NCBI GenBank assembly: GCA_030704615.1
Contig: CM060731.1
Coordinates: 5,456,001 to 5,520,000 of the forward strand
From: Takakia lepidozioides
Taxonomy: Eukaryota; Plantae; Bryophyta
DNA length: 64,000 nt
Direction: 5' to 3'
Under the pieces are notes generated by a model that was not told the origin of the DNA, did not search any database, and was given only the letters and a program-made list of their open reading frames with translations. A program made the position numbers and the translations under genes. This document shows positions 1 through 13,745 of the stretch, piece after piece; positions within the stretch are counted from its first letter, which is position 1, and the number at the start of each line of letters is the position of its first letter.

Positions 1-2083
1 CTTGAATCTTCTGTTCAAAGTGACCATTTAAGGATTTTTCCTCCTCACTTCACCCATATTCAACAAGTACAATGTCTCTAGTCAATATCAGCATCCATCT
101 CCACTCATGGAGACACACATTCAACTTTGCAAGTATGATAACCAACAGGAGTGACTCTTGGGAGCATGGGCGGGTGTTGCAGCATGGGAGGGCTAGTTGT
201 GAAGCAAATTCTGCTGCAAGCAGGTCAAGATGAAAAGCGGGCCCATCTTGTGAATCAAACATCTGGCATTGTATGACTTCAGTTCTTATTTGTCTTTTGG
301 AGATAAGTTGGATGATACTTGCAGTCCCCTATTTGTAGAAGAGAGACTTCACACCCATTGCAATGCTATGGTACATAGGACATGTCTCGTGTTTACCATT
401 GTAAAAATAGGTATGGATCTGGTTGTTTGCTAGCCTTCTTTGGTTGCATGCTGGAGTGAGTGCAGGTACAAGAGGGTACTGGTGGGTCCCAGGCTGAAAT
501 GATTTGGACAAATGTTCAAGGCTAGTCTGCAAGCTGCAGGTCAGGTTTTAGTGTTTAATGTTTCTGAATCAATGTACTACCAGTGGTCTAAAGGTTCGAT
601 ATAACAGTGCATATGTTGTCTGCAATTTCCTTTTTTACAGGTATTTTATAGCTGCCCACATTTTGGAAGCAAGCTTGCAGACGTGCCTTGGGGCTTTGGC
701 TATGTACTGCGACCTGCCCCCACAGTCAGCTCTTTCCCTGAACCTCCCTTCCTCTCTTGCCCCTTCTCTTTGTCAGTTAAGCTCGCTTCTGGTGCAGCTG
801 ATGGATGACTATGCTCACAAATACACAAATGTGTGAAGGCCCACTTCACAAGAAAATCATTCTTCAAAGCATACATAGTGAGAAATGATTTTTGAAAACT
901 TTGTAGTCTCGGTGTGGTGCAGGTAGGGGAGTTAAGGAGTGGGTCCCCCATGCTGGAAGAGCTGAACCGCACTATTCGCCTGCTTCACAACAAAGGCCAC
1001 CTGGATGTTCTCAGCTTCAGTGAGGTTTGTGGACCTCAAACAATTTGGTTTAATACTAGCCACATCCAGGATTGATTGCACTTCCTGGGTGGGTAAGACA
1101 GGGCACAGGATGAGGGTTGGTCGCTGAAAGTTTATGCAGAGGGGGTTTGGCAATTAGTTCTGGCCCCAAATTATCTGGCAAATTTGCAGCCAGTGGAATC
1201 ATAGTTGCTGCAGTGCTTAGGAGAAGACCTGGGACCATAATTGGACCTATGTGGCATGTCAATTCTCCAAGTCTGACAATTGCTTTGTGATGACTGCAGA
1301 CAAAAGTAACTCCCGTAGTTGAGGGCTATGGCGGGTATGCATTACGAATGGAAGTGGTGCCCATTGAGTCTGCCTATCCAGGCTTTGGTGATCTTGTGGT
1401 AATTACCTCCTTTCCCTGCTTAGCATAATCATGGCATGGTTTGTTCCTAGCTCTGCCCGTAGCTATTGTCTTTGCAAATATGGGATTTATGCAAGGTAAG
1501 TGTGGGGAGCCTTGTAGATTGTAACTGTGCTAGTTGCTTTGCTGCCGTTGGTTTGATTTTCCCTGGATTCGCAAAGAAGATGAACACACCAGAAAAACAT
1601 GCAATTTTTCGAATGTAAATAAACCACTAGGATGTCCATGATTAGAATCATCATATAGGATCTATTGGCTGGATATACTAATCCTGATATGAGTGGGTAT
1701 GTGTTGACAGCTTCTGGATGGTACAGACCACATTAATTCATGTAAACCTTTAAACCGATCTGACCCCGCATACACAAAGACACTCGACTTTCTACAGAAA
1801 CGCGCTGAGCTGGCTGTTAAAACCAGACCTAAGGCACATCAGTGACTGCGTGCGTCACCAAGCTTGGCCACTCCTTCAGCGCCTGTTTACATTCAATGGG
1901 GTAGTTTCACATAGCATACATTTATTTGAGCAATTCCTCAGTGGATTGGCTGGCTGGAAAGACTTCTCCCTGCCCCAGGGCCGTGTGTCTATCTGGTAGG
2001 TGACTGGACTGATCTGATCTGACATCACATACACCAAGATGCTCAACAACTTTCTGACCCTGGCTTTGAAAACCAAGACTTAC

Positions 2084-2465
2084 TCCAGTGGCAGCACCAT
2101 CTACATTAATCAGAGGGGAGTCTCCCATAATTTACAGTGAAGCAATTTAACCGAACTGACAACTCCTGATAGCAATCCCTTGCCCATGTCATCTGTCCTC
2201 TCTACCTCTGGTAAGTGACTTGCTGAAGGAAACTTGGCTTCCTGCAAACATTCCCTAAAGAGTGTATGGTGCGGTGAATTGCTGAATTCCCACAAAATAT
2301 GGATGTTGGGGCAATGTGTATCTGCAGTCTTCTGAATTGAAATGTCTGAACCTTAAGAGTAGGTGCTAGACTATAAGGTCGATAGTCGATACCAGCAAAG
2401 CTTTCTCCCGTGATGTAGAAATCACGAGTCTGCGGAAGCGTTCCAACCAACCTCTCGAGAAGATC
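2084..2465 (-). pseudogene. Serine carboxypeptidase-like (S10/SCPL) gene remnant, two degenerate exons
   Basis: Minus strand reads GWLERF, frameshift, then PQTRDFYITGESFAG|gt (donor at 2392), matching the S10 nucleophile motif FYITGESYAG. A second piece, GDSPLINVDGAATG|gtaagt (ends 2084), resembles INLKGIAIG. Confidence 0.6.
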
Positions 2466-2964
2466 AGTACAAGTCTACTGCTACAGCCCCAGCCATCAAA
2501 ACAATACCAGATCTTACAGGATCTGATCTCACTAGTAAAGAATGCTCAATCCATGAATAGCAACTTAAACCAGCTGGAGAAGGATCCAGACTTAAGACGC
2601 CAACACTCGAATCTGAGTTATTAATTGATGGATTGAGGCCATATATATATGGAAATAGACATCAACGGAGATCAAAAGTAACTTTCTTCGGAGATTTCGC
2701 ATCCACCTCAGCAGGACAGTTTGGATATGAGCCTGGAACCTGGCTGAAGATCGTGGGTCCAAAAGCTTACTCGAGATCCCACACGAGATAGTTGCAGGGT
2801 GGCTAATTAAGTATCTTAATTATCTGTACGTCGTAGACAGCCTGTGCCTCTCATCCAAGGACTTACACAAAAGAGATACTGTAGTGGGAGGCAGAAATTA
2901 ATTCGAAAAAATGATATATATCATTGAAAATAATATTATCTTTTAAACAAAAAAACAAATTCGA

Positions 2965-3580
2965 AAAAAAAGTGCCTAATCAAAATTTTGTTTTTCAAGA
3001 GTGCCTAATTTAAAAGCATTACCTTCAAAGAGTGCCTAATTTCAAAAATTTCTCTAAAAGTGCCTATGGTGTAAAAGATTTAAAATCAGAAAAACAAATA
3101 TGAAATAGAAACAAATCTAAAAATGATATTAATTTAAAACGTCATCCATGGACCCAGTTTTCAGTTTTCATCCATGACAGCGGCTGAGTTTTCATTTAAA
3201 ACGCCATCCATGGACTCAGTTTTCAATTTTCATCCATGGCAGCGGCTGAGTTTTCATTTTAAACGCCATCCATGGACTCAGTTTTCAATTTTCATCCATG
3301 GCAGCGGCTGAGTTTTCATTTTAAACATCGTTCATGGTCTCAGTTTTCAGTCTTCATCCCCGGCAGCGTGGCTATATTTTTATATTTTTATCATTATTTT
3401 TAGTTTTAGTTTTTTTTTTTCCCTTGAACATGGGTCAAGGGCCCTGGATGGAAATTTAGTTGCCTAATTTGAAAAATTACACATCCAAGATGCCTAATTT
3501 TAAAAAAAATTCTAAAAAGTGCCTAACTGCCAAATGGCCCCAAAAATAATTATTAGGCAGGCAAGTGCCTAACCGGCCCC
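2965..3580. mobile_element. AT-rich probable non-autonomous DNA transposon remnant
   Basis: TGCCTA(A) motif clustered at both ends (about 2971, 3000, 3030, 3059 and 3460, 3490, 3518, 3564) around an internal tandem array. No TIR or TSD resolved. Confidence 0.45.
3137..3367. repeat. Tandem repeat, ~62-bp unit x ~3.7
   Basis: Unit AAACGCCATCCATGGACTCAGTTTTCAATTTTCATCCATGGCAGCGGCTGAGTTTTCATTTT, itself made of two related halves. Confidence 0.85.
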
Positions 3581-4657
3581 ACTCACAGAGGGAACTCCAA
3601 AAGTCTGTCCAGTTCTTGCTCCCGTGTGGACTATCACAGCAACAGCAAAGGAGCGACTTGATAACGGATTGATTGACACATGTGCAGGTCTCGCGATCCT
3701 CACTTGAAGATCGCACACACTTCAATTCCTCATATATATACTCGTCGGCCCCGACGGACTATTGAAGTAGAATATTCTGTCAGCACGTCACATGCTTCGG
3801 AGTGACGCAAAATTTCTAGGGTTGCACTATAGACTTGTAGATTATCGAAGAGCAGAGCAATCGTTGCACTGGTCGCCCGAAGGTGCTTCTTTGGTTTCGG
3901 ATTGTTTTGAGGGTGACATCATTTTATTATCACAATCACGTGTGTAAGACTTGAGACAATGCCAAGGTGATGTCCGGGAGGGTTGTTCGGCCCGTTGACT
4001 AGAGAGGTCCAGAATCGATAGCAGATCGGATGAGAGAGGTGGAGCAGATTTGAGAGCTTACCAGTATGGCGTTATGGAAGGTTTGCAGCTAAGGGAGCAC
4101 TTTGGAAGGTAAGAGCTGTAAAATGTGATCATCCTTTGCGCCTCGTGATGATGAAGTCATCGGCCGAAGCAGTCGGATTGCCACCTTGAATTCGCTTAGA
4201 ATTGTGATTGAATTGTGCCGGGTTACATGATCTTTCGGCTCTGCATCCATACCTGTTGTCTGAAAGCATCTGCCAGTGTTTGTACATATGAGAGAGACAA
4301 GGGAGGCGGGTTAAGGAGACGTGCTTATCGATCTGCTGTGTTGCTAGCTTTATCTTTTGCCTCTCAATTTCTAGGCTTCTTTTCTTCTAATTGGAGCTTG
4401 AGCGCGGGATGCTGACAAACATTAGATGGTTGGTTTCTATCATAAATTATTGATCCTTGACTGGGACTCCCCTCAGCTCCAACACAAGTAAAAACATTAT
4501 CAACTTGTACATTCCATGGAAACAGGGCAAATTTATTTGAGCTGCAAATTTTCAAACAAATGTGGTGATGCTTGGCGAGCTTTAGGATGCAGCTGCTAAG
4601 ACCTCATTCAGCCCAAACAAAATATATTTGTTGTTTCAGTGTTGCAATTTCTGGTGA

Positions 4658-7600
4658 ATGGGGTCGCTTGACGGTGGAGGGCTGGAGGGAGGTGACTATC
4701 TTGAAGCACAACTACTGACTGACCCAGTAGCCCAATCTGAAGACGAAGATGGAGGGGATTCTGGGAGAATTCTGTACAGGTTTGGTTTCACTTAGCTCCA
4801 AGGTCCATGTTTGACTAATCTGGATGCTAGCTGTTGATGGGATCATCAGCAGGACTTCAAACAATTTTCAGTTACAGTCTATTTCATGTTTACTTAGCAA
4901 GGAAAACATCATAAGTGCCTTTTCTATTGTTAACATAGAGGATATCTGGAAAACTCGGATCAATTGCATGTTTCAAGGTAAGTCATACTACCGGCGTCAG
5001 CCCCTGACAAAGGTAATTTCTGTCCCTTTGTGTTCCGCTCAAGCTGGACGCGGTGTCAATGGCCACCAGGCTATGGCAAACAACTTCTCTAGTGTTAACA
5101 TTGCACACCTCCTGGGGTATTTGAGCACTCTGACTACATCTTCCCTAAAGAGGGGGTGTATCCAATAGGGATAGGACCAGCGTAGATTTACAACTTCTCT
5201 CAATTATTTTAGAAGTGGAATTCGAATTGGCAGATTAAAGGAAGCATCCATGTACTATGGAGCCACCTCAGTCTGACTTGCCCACCTACCAGCTCAATCA
5301 GGGGACTGTATTTTCGAACCAACTCAGTAAATTGGTTGAGCTCTGTCCATAAACCTATACCCACTGTCGGGAGCTGATGAAGTCAGTGGGGAGGTGATGG
5401 TGGATTGTCACTAACACACATGTTGTTGCTCTACTTGGTCCATGGTTTGGTGAGGGACAGTCACCAAGTCTATAGTCTGTACTGCAATTCTCAGTTTACG
5501 GTGTCAAGATGAATTCATGTTCGTTGTTTTGTTTGTATCCGTGGCTATTTTGTCCTTGCTTCTTTTTCTTACTTTTTTCTTTTTTCTTTGTTTTCTTTCT
5601 TTGCTGTTTGTGTCTGGTTTTCTCTTCTGAAAATCCATCCAACCATAGACCAGATCTTCTCAGTACTTTTTTTGGCTAGCAAATTTGAGTATAGAGATAT
5701 CTTGATACTTATAAGGAAATATTTCAGCTGGTGAGTTGGTGATGCACATCTTGTCAGCATTCTTTTTCTTTATAAGGTTTCTTGAAACTGTCTGTCGACA
5801 GGGCATCATTTGAAGAACTGGAGCATGCACATGTGAACTACGACACAGTGCAGTGGATGCTGATAGCACTATTGTTGGTATTGGTATATGGGGTTGGGTT
5901 GTTGCTTCTTCTCTATGTCCCTATCCGAAGATACATTGTGCGCCAAGATATACGCAATCGGGAGCTCTATGTTACGACCCAAGCTGTTGTCTACAAGGTT
6001 CGTTTGTAGTCTTCTGACATTGTCTTGGTATAGGGTGTTCATAATGACCAAAATATCTAATCATATCTCGTGATTTGCTTTGCTACATGGACGGAGATTT
6101 TTGCTATCTGTGCTAGTTGATGCATTTTGAGCTGAGTATACCCTGGTGGATAGAAATCTTGGCAGTTGATTTCTCTTCGGATCGCATCTGGTAGATTCAT
6201 GTTCAAATGATAGTCAAAGGGGCTGGATAAAGTGTTATGAGTTTCCAAGTTTTCCTGCTGCAGGGGGATTGACTTAGAGTATCTATGCTAGTGTCATGGT
6301 CCTTTGAATGGCCTGAAGAGTATGGCTCCCAAAACATAGGGGTACCTTTATGCCTCGCCGGTTCCAAAGCCAAGCGGTTATGCCAGCATGTGGGCCCCGC
6401 CGGTTTCCTTGCACGGCAGGTTATTAAAGTTTCTTAGAACCTCTGGTGTAGTGGGTATATATCCGGAACCGGACCTGCCGGTTATTGGTCACGAATAGCT
6501 ATTCAGCTCAGTGCCCTGAAGACCATCATAGTAGTTACTCCAGAATGGCTAGTGTTGGGGTGGGATTGGACTTTCAGAGTTCCACTTTGTCTCTAAGAAG
6601 AGACAGGTCTAATTTATGATATAAACATGGCAAGTTGCGGCAAGAAGGTGATGAAGTTTTCAAAGGGCAGGCCTCTGTCAGAAATCGGCTGTTGATCAGG
6701 ATTAGTAAAGCCACAGACAAAATGTTGCTCCTCTGTATAGTAAGTGGAGCAACTGGGAAAAAGGGAAACCACAATCAACTCTCAGATGTGTCCCCCTCTC
6801 TTAATAGACAAGTTCCACGAACAGGTTGTCCCCTTCTACTTGCAAAGCCTGTGGCAGTTGTGAGCTTGAGTTGTCATCCTGCTCTGTCAAACTTAAAGTC
6901 GGGCTCTTGGTTTTATGTTCTGAATCTAGGCTGTCATAGGCACTGATAGCCAGCACTCACAGAGTACTCCCAATTTTTTCTTTGCCTCAATCCTTGTCAT
7001 ATGCTGTATGACATCAGGTGAGAAGACCGATATTTTTGCCCTGTTGTGGAGTATCTGTAAGGGAGAAGCATGTGCTCTTGAATCTGGTCACAGACATGAT
7101 CATTGAAGAAGGTTCGTACACCACCTTCCTCGTTGTTTCCTTCCTGTCTGGTGTCTTTCTTTGGCTGTCTCTGTGTCAATCCCCTGAAGTTTCTTCGTTC
7201 TCAAATTCTTTCTCTATGGAAGGATCTATGGAAGGATCAGGTATGGATCATATTCTTTCTCTATCTTAGAGGATTCTTTGATGATTAGTTGTTTTTGGTC
7301 TGCATGTTAAGGGCCCCACTTTCTTTCATATATCCTGTATTCTTTTGCCCAGAAGCTCTTTGAGCTTCTCATGAATGGTATAACATTCCATTCTTTCTTT
7401 TTGTCACATTATGTGAAGCATCTACTACACACAAGCAGAAGGAGATCATGTTAACACTGAAGGCACATATTCAGCAGCAAACGAAACATTTTCCTTGAGT
7501 TAGGATTGCTAGACCTGCAAATCCTGATGTACAGATGTATGAAACCCATGGTGGTCCCAGGGTGCCTACAGTCATGTTTTGGGATATCGACGATTCGTGT

Positions 7601-10158
7601 GGAGAATGCCAGACTAGGCTGGCCTGCACCTGGGCTTGAATTGCGCATGCAAGGCGTGGCCAACCCCCGGCTCTTCAAAAGGGTAAGCTTCTCTATTGCC
7701 GAAGTTGTGTGCATCGCATCAATGGCTTTTTTTTTCATTTTTCCAAAATTGCCACGGGGGCCACATGTGAATTCTACCCAGCGCTCATGTGGCGAGAATA
7801 TCAAGGTGGCAGGGTTAGAAAAGTGGCTATATAACAGGTGGCATGTTTTAAAGGGTCCACATAGGCAAAATCAGGCTCCTAATATTCAACTACTGGCGCT
7901 TTCTGGCAAATGTTTTGGTTTTCAGTTTTTACCCCCCCATAATTCCTTTGCACAAGTAGCTGACCATTCTCCAGGTCGAAATCTGGCGATTTTTCACTAG
8001 AAATAGAAACACTGGTGTGCATGGATGTTATAGACTGCAGTTATACACTCTCTTTTTCTGTGTTGGCTGTCCTGTACCTCAAGAAGATAGGCTAGGTCAG
8101 ATACCAATCGTTCTGGAGCCAGTTATTGCGTTTCAACCGACCTAGGTATGTGACTTACAGAAAGCTGTCAGGGTGTCATACACAGCCGACAACAAGCCTG
8201 TGACATTGATACTGGTTTAAGGGGTCGTGCCATTGTATTAGAGGGCATGATCCCCATGGTGCCTGTAATATTTACTGAATGGCTGTGGAAACAGAGATAT
8301 AATGAGTAAACTCATTAGGCAATCTAAGTTATGGATGTATCCTCGCAAGCTGTTTGGTTATAATACTCCAGTATTGTGGTATTGGATATCTTACAGATGC
8401 AAACAAAGACACATGTGGTCCAGGGTGGTGCTCAGTTAGTCATGTAGAAGCTTATGTAAATGAATTACCCGTTCTCCAAGGGACCTACACCTTAGTTTTT
8501 TGTTTGAAGGTTGCTAGAGCTTTGCCACAAGAACAATCACTTAGGAGGAGCCAGAGGTAGCATTTGCCAACCCTGGTGGATTCAGGATAATGAAAGATGC
8601 CAGTTACTACCTTTAATGCAGATGGTACTCATTGCAGCAGCAAACATACGTCAAAGGCAGATGGACAATGGGGATGAAGGTTCAAGGGCTTCATTGACTG
8701 AGAATGGTCTGATTGAAGAATTTCAGACTCCCCCTCAAGTGGCGGGAGCTCAACTGCCACCGCCCTGGTCTTGGCAGCAAGGAGTAACTCCTTGGCAAGT
8801 GGGTCCCATCATGTACCAACTGAAAGCTTTGAATCAGCAGTGTACAATCTTAGATTTGTGACTTGATTCGTTCTCCTGGATTGACTCTCTTTGGGACAAG
8901 ACAGCATTCTTTCTCTTTTAATCAGGTCCTCTTCCATGTGACCATCCTTGGTGTTTTGTCCTAGTACCTATGTTTTTCTCTGTGAAAGCTATTCTTTACT
9001 TGCCTCATTATATCTTCGGTCACCTCTCAAATATGAGTTCAGACTTCACTAGGCCCTCACATTGTTATTCTACTTTCTCAAAAAATACTGCACACTCTCA
9101 CGATTGGTGGGTTACACATGAGGATAAAAGTCTGAACCCAAACAACTGCTGCTTGAGTCTTTGAAATTTCTTTTGGTGATCAGAGATTGGACCCATGCAA
9201 TACTGAACATGAACTAGCCCAGCTGTTTTAGAAAGGTCATGACACAATTCAGTGCCTGATTAGAGAGTTGTCTCCTTCAATGTCTGGCCCCATGGCACTG
9301 CTGTATGGCCTGGTAAGAGCACATGAATTAGTAGGTTCTGAATATGACATAGGCTGGGGCAACAGATGACATATCCAAGCACACTGCAAAGAGATACATT
9401 GCCACCTGCTACGGGGGAGGCCATGATGCGTAAGCTGGAGGGATTGGAAGCATCTGTCAAGGTTAGTGTCACAATTTTCTGAGGTCCACCTGTATTGTTC
9501 CCATGTAGTGGCTTTTCTCGAGTGTCAATGGTAAAAGGTGTGCTCTGCTTCTCTTACTCTCCCTATATCGGCACAAAGTGTTCTCAGAGCATTTCCAAAA
9601 ATATTGGGCAAATGCCCAATCTGCTAGGAGCCAACCAGAGGGCAGGAAGAGGCGTGAATGAGTTTATGCAGATGCTAATTACTGATGTAGTTAGTGCAAC
9701 TGGGGTTATGGGAGCGGAGGTCAAGTTACCGAAGAGCACCATGTCTTTAGTGTTTTTAGAGAGTTATGCCGAACCTGCTCTATGTTGGCTAAAATGAAAG
9801 CCCGGCTTCTTGATCCCACCTCATTCCCAAGAGGTCCTACCAATTTGTTTTGGGCAGGTATTGGATCAGGTGAGTGTAAAGAGGCCTGCAGTGTGCAGAA
9901 TTGTAGGCTCTTCTGTTCAGTAGATGCCGAAAACCTCTGTACGCATTCAAATCCAATTCTTTCTCTCCCAACAATGCCACTGACAGTCCATGATTACCTG
10001 CACCCTTAGTGGTGATGTGGATTGTTCAGCTTGCTGACATATGCAGTGAAGTTGATAAACTTTTTTCCTTCTACTTGATGGGCATGTTTCTCTTCTTTTG
10101 GTTGCAGAGAATTGAGTTGCTGATAGAAGGACGCCATGAGGCCTCTTCAAGCAAATGA
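4658..10158 (+). CDS. Conserved plant membrane protein, DUF7642 / bacterial-PH (bPH_2, YdbS-like) family. Exons 4658-4779, 5802-5997, 7018-7111, 7561-7682, 8622-8798, 9366-9461, 10108-10158
   Basis: All junctions are GT-AG with compatible phases. Spliced protein: MGSLDGG..GRILYR/ASFEELE..YDTVQW (TM segments) ..RELYVTTQAVVYK/VRRPIFLP..EKHVLLNLVTDMIIEE/GCLQSCFGISTIRVEN..MQGVANPRLFKR/MVLIAA../..GEAMMRKLEGLEASVK/RIELLIEG..K*. The exon-5 donor (8799) is the least certain. A 5'UTR exon probably ends at 4108 (gtaag). Confidence 0.85.
4937..5092 (+). mobile_element. ~155-bp 3' end of a LINE (same family as 10693-11733), in intron 1
   Basis: Aligns by eye with ~11572-11725 (EDIWKTRIN..GKS..RQPLT..GVNGH.A.ANN). 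TSD TGTTAACAT at 4928-4936 and 5093-5101. Confidence 0.85.
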
Positions 10159-10692
10159 AGCAGTAAACTAGTCATAAGCTTTTTGATTCTTATATTCTTT
10201 TTCCTTTTTTTCCAATTTTTTTTTGGTTTTCCAAGGAAACCCAAGCCAGGCTGCCGGGCCTTGAGGGGGAAAGTAACCCCCTTTGTGAGCCATGAAGCAT
10301 GCAGGGGCAGAGCCCCAGCCCAAAGGCAGCATAGATTCTTTGTTTTTCTCAAAGGAGGGAAATGTAATTTATGATAACAGGTGGATACTTATCTGAGATA
10401 TAGGTTTGGCGACACTGCAACAGCCACTGGTGGCCCATTATGTAACAGTTTGTTGGGCTCTCGCAAAAGAAGTTTCCCCATGTAGTCTATGTAGTCTACG
10501 TTCAATGTCTATGTTATGTAGTCTATGTTTTGCTGAAATTGCAACTCATCTTGAAACGATTATCTCCATATCGTCCTTGGCAATGCTCAGGACAGGGAAT
10601 TAGTAGCTATTAAGTAGCAACGCATTTTCATGGTGTGATTTTTGCTTTGATTCCTTGGGCAATCCCTTTACGCCATTTCTGTAGGCAGGTAT

Positions 10693-11733
10693 TTCTGCAG
10701 AGGGGTCAACTCTGAGGTTAAGAAAACCATGCTTTGTCGCGTTATTAGACCTGCCTTGGAGTACGGATCTGCTATATGGGTTGATAACTCCAACCAGGCT
10801 AAGTCTCTAGAATCCATTCAAGTGGGGGTGCTTAAGGAGTGTATGTCAGCATGCTCCAAAACAGCCAATGTGGCTGTTCGGGGTGAGTTTGGCATTCCGT
10901 CCTTAAGCTCCCGACGAGATGAATTCAAGGTCAGATGGTGGGGTCAGCTGCAACATATGCCCAACACCAGATATCCTAAGTTAATCGACTCTATATCTTG
11001 GAAACAGGACCGCCCTGTCAAACAGGCTAAGTCCTGGCAGAAGAGAGTAGAAGAGATTCTCAAGGACCTGGACCTGGATCTGCAAGTCTTGACCCTGCTG
11101 GATAAATCTGACTTAGAGGCTGTAGTGTCCTCAGCCATGTCTGTTGCCATGAGATTGTGTGATGAAAATGAAGTTAGGCAGAAAGCTTCCCTGAACTTGT
11201 TTCCAGTCAGTGACAAGGGGGAGGACATCTTGGATGACCTCAAGGGTCTACCCACTCTCGGCACTAGACTGAAATTTAAACTCAGGGCAGGAAGCCTACC
11301 TTTGAACAGCAAACAGAAGCAGAGAGGAAAGGGAGAGTGCAATTGCCCGCTGTGTGGGCAATCTGAAGACAGTATTCACTTTCTGATACACTGTCCGGGG
11401 TTCTCTCACCAAAGAGACGCTCTCTTCAATTCTATCAAGGGAATTGTGCCTGTACCCCTGTTTAACAACTTTGAAAGTCATGAGGCTGAGCCAAAAGCCC
11501 AGGCCCTCCTGAGGCCTAGTTTTTGGGCAAATCACACACAGCAGATTGATGCTTGTGTGAAGGGATTTCTAGAGGATATCTGGAAAACCCGGATTAATTC
11601 TATATATGATGGTAAGTCACACTACCAACGTCAGCCCCTGACAGAGGTAGGTTCTGTCCCTTTTGTTCCCGCTCAAACTGGGCACGGGGTCAATGGCCAC
11701 AAGGCTACGGCAAACAACGTCTTATGAGCACAA
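10693..11733 (+). mobile_element. 5'-truncated non-LTR retrotransposon (RTE/RTEX-like), C-terminal ORF 10729-11727
   Basis: RT thumb IRPALEYGSAIW..AVRGEFG and zinc finger CPLC..EDSIHFLIHC. Perfect 15-bp TSD TCTGTAGGCAGGTAT at 10678-10692 and 11734-11748. No poly(A). Confidence 0.9.
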
Positions 11734-12317
11734 TCTGTAGGCAGGTATCAAAAGATGACCACAGCTGCACATGGAAATTACAACTTCATTAGTCAGTAAT
11801 GCGATATAATGCAGGCCAGGGGTGGGGGGTGGGGGGTGGTGGGAGAGGATATATCCTAGTTTTGCCTGGTGACAGCAACAGACTCTCTTTTCTCTCGTCT
11901 AAGAAGAGAGTTTCTTAGTCACGGGTACAACCAGTGAGTAGGTCTGCACAGTGCATCTGTTGATCTGCTCGCTCACTTGGGATCACTTTCCATTCTGAGA
12001 GCTCTCCTCTTCCTATGTGCTTGTCTATTTTTGTACTACATTAATCGTGCCACATACTGGTGTCTCTTCACAGATTTCTCATCCCTTGCAAAAGATCTTT
12101 AAGCTGAGGACAGGATGCGCTTTGCAGCTGCCTTTCAGGAGCAATGTTTGCATTTCATTTATTCTGTAGTTCTACCCTGTTGTATGAGTGACTCCCACAG
12201 ACCCTTGGGGCCTACCCCAGACCTAACAGATCACCTTTTTCCTTGCACGTTTCCCCCCGCGTAACAGTCTCAGTTGTAGTTTCGTAAACAAGGTGTTGCT
12301 CTCTTTTCCTGTACATA

Positions 12318-12500
12318 AGGTGTGAAGGGCTTTCTAGAGGATATCTGGCAAACCGGAAGTAATTGTCTCTATCAAGGTAAGTCACAAAACCGGAGACTCT
12401 CACAGTACCTGTTCCATTTTGCTTCGCCCAAACTGGGCACGAGTCTACTGCCACAACTTTACAGCAAACAATTTCTTAATAGTACATCCTATTAGTACAT
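12318..12500 (+). mobile_element. Older ~180-bp 3' end of the same LINE family
   Basis: GTGAAGGGCTTTCTAGAGGATATCTGG..CAAACTGGGCACG..GCAAACAA matches ~11556-11720. Candidate TSD TGTACATA at 12310-12317 and 12501-12508. Confidence 0.75.
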
Positions 12501-13745
12501 TGTACATATGCCAATCAAGCAGTCCCTCTAAGATTTCATGGAGCATTGATGCCTATGCAGTGAGCAGCAGAGCAGTCTTAGCACTTGCAACATGAGGCAA
12601 TCTTGTGTTGAGTAGGTAGCACATTCAGACTGGGGCATGAAGCATGGAGCTCTTACTGCGCAAGTAAGAATGACAGACAAGCCATCGTCATCAAGTTATA
12701 AAAGTGGTGGTGCAGTGACCTGCCAGGTTTACAGTCATATTTGGAGGTATCTGATGAATGACACTGAACATTCATGATAATCACAATTGGGGGATTTTCA
12801 ACTCCTTGCCATCCTGGTTGCACGATTAGTGATTACTGTAATTTTGATCTGTTGCATATTGGGGCCTAGCATCCTGTGAGAAAATCGATTGAACTGCCTC
12901 CAGCTCTGGAATTTAGCATAGCAAGGCAGCCAGATTGGGCTCGGACAGGATCTGAAATCAATGACAAGGTAGTGCTCTGCCAACAGTATTGTGCACCACA
13001 GTGCAAACTTTAATTAACACTGGACACAGTAAACTGAGTGGATCATGAGTAGATCATGCGCTCATTCAAAGTGATGCGTACATGAGCACAGAACTACGTC
13101 GACATCAAGTGGAAGTATGGAGCCACAGTAGAACAACTCGCACTGCTAGCAATTGAAGTAATCCCCCATGCCAATTCTTCCCACCCTGACATACTTGGCT
13201 GTCTTCCCCCTGTAGCATGGTTACAGTGAGCCAACAGACGTGAAGCAAGGACTTGCAGGCTGTGACCAGATCTGTTTACTAGAGAGTAGGTATAACCATC
13301 CAGTCAATTGGCTCTGAGACAACAAATTGGGAAATGTTGTTACTTAGATAGGCAGATTTAGAGATGTCTGTGTAAGGAGCAACTGTGTCCATAGCAGATG
13401 AGTCTGCAAGATCATGCTTGCCAGTAAATGGAGAGAAGGAAGGGCCATGAGGGACTAATTCAAGGCCAATGCATTTCACCAAAAGTCGATAGATTTTCCT
13501 GTGATTTGCAAAATCCCACAGAAACAGCGCCAAGCTCCTAAACTGAGCAGATTGGAACTGGGAAACTTCGATAGAGGTCATCAGCGTGTTGTGCAACCTG
13601 CACGGTGCACGTAATGTAGTGTGCATTGATGGTGTGCTGCTGTACAAAGTCATGGACACCCATATTCTTGATCCTGACATGTTTCGAGGCAGACCCATGG
13701 GCAGGTTTCCTGAGAGGGCGGCGAGTGTTGTTACAAAACCAATGA

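Noticed and set aside
1-2000. Short minus-strand ORFs as further carboxypeptidase exons
   Set aside because: No convincing motifs or consistent splice phases.
4066-4092. uORF MALWKVCS* in the 5'UTR exon of the DUF7642 gene
   Set aside because: Too short to distinguish from chance without conservation data.
6330-6500. CCGG-rich 170-bp patch in intron 2 as a MITE
   Set aside because: No TIR or TSD could be defined.
7690-8014. hAT-type MITE in intron 4 (ends GAAACACTG, TGGCG repeats)
   Set aside because: Only one plausible end; no matching TIR or TSD.
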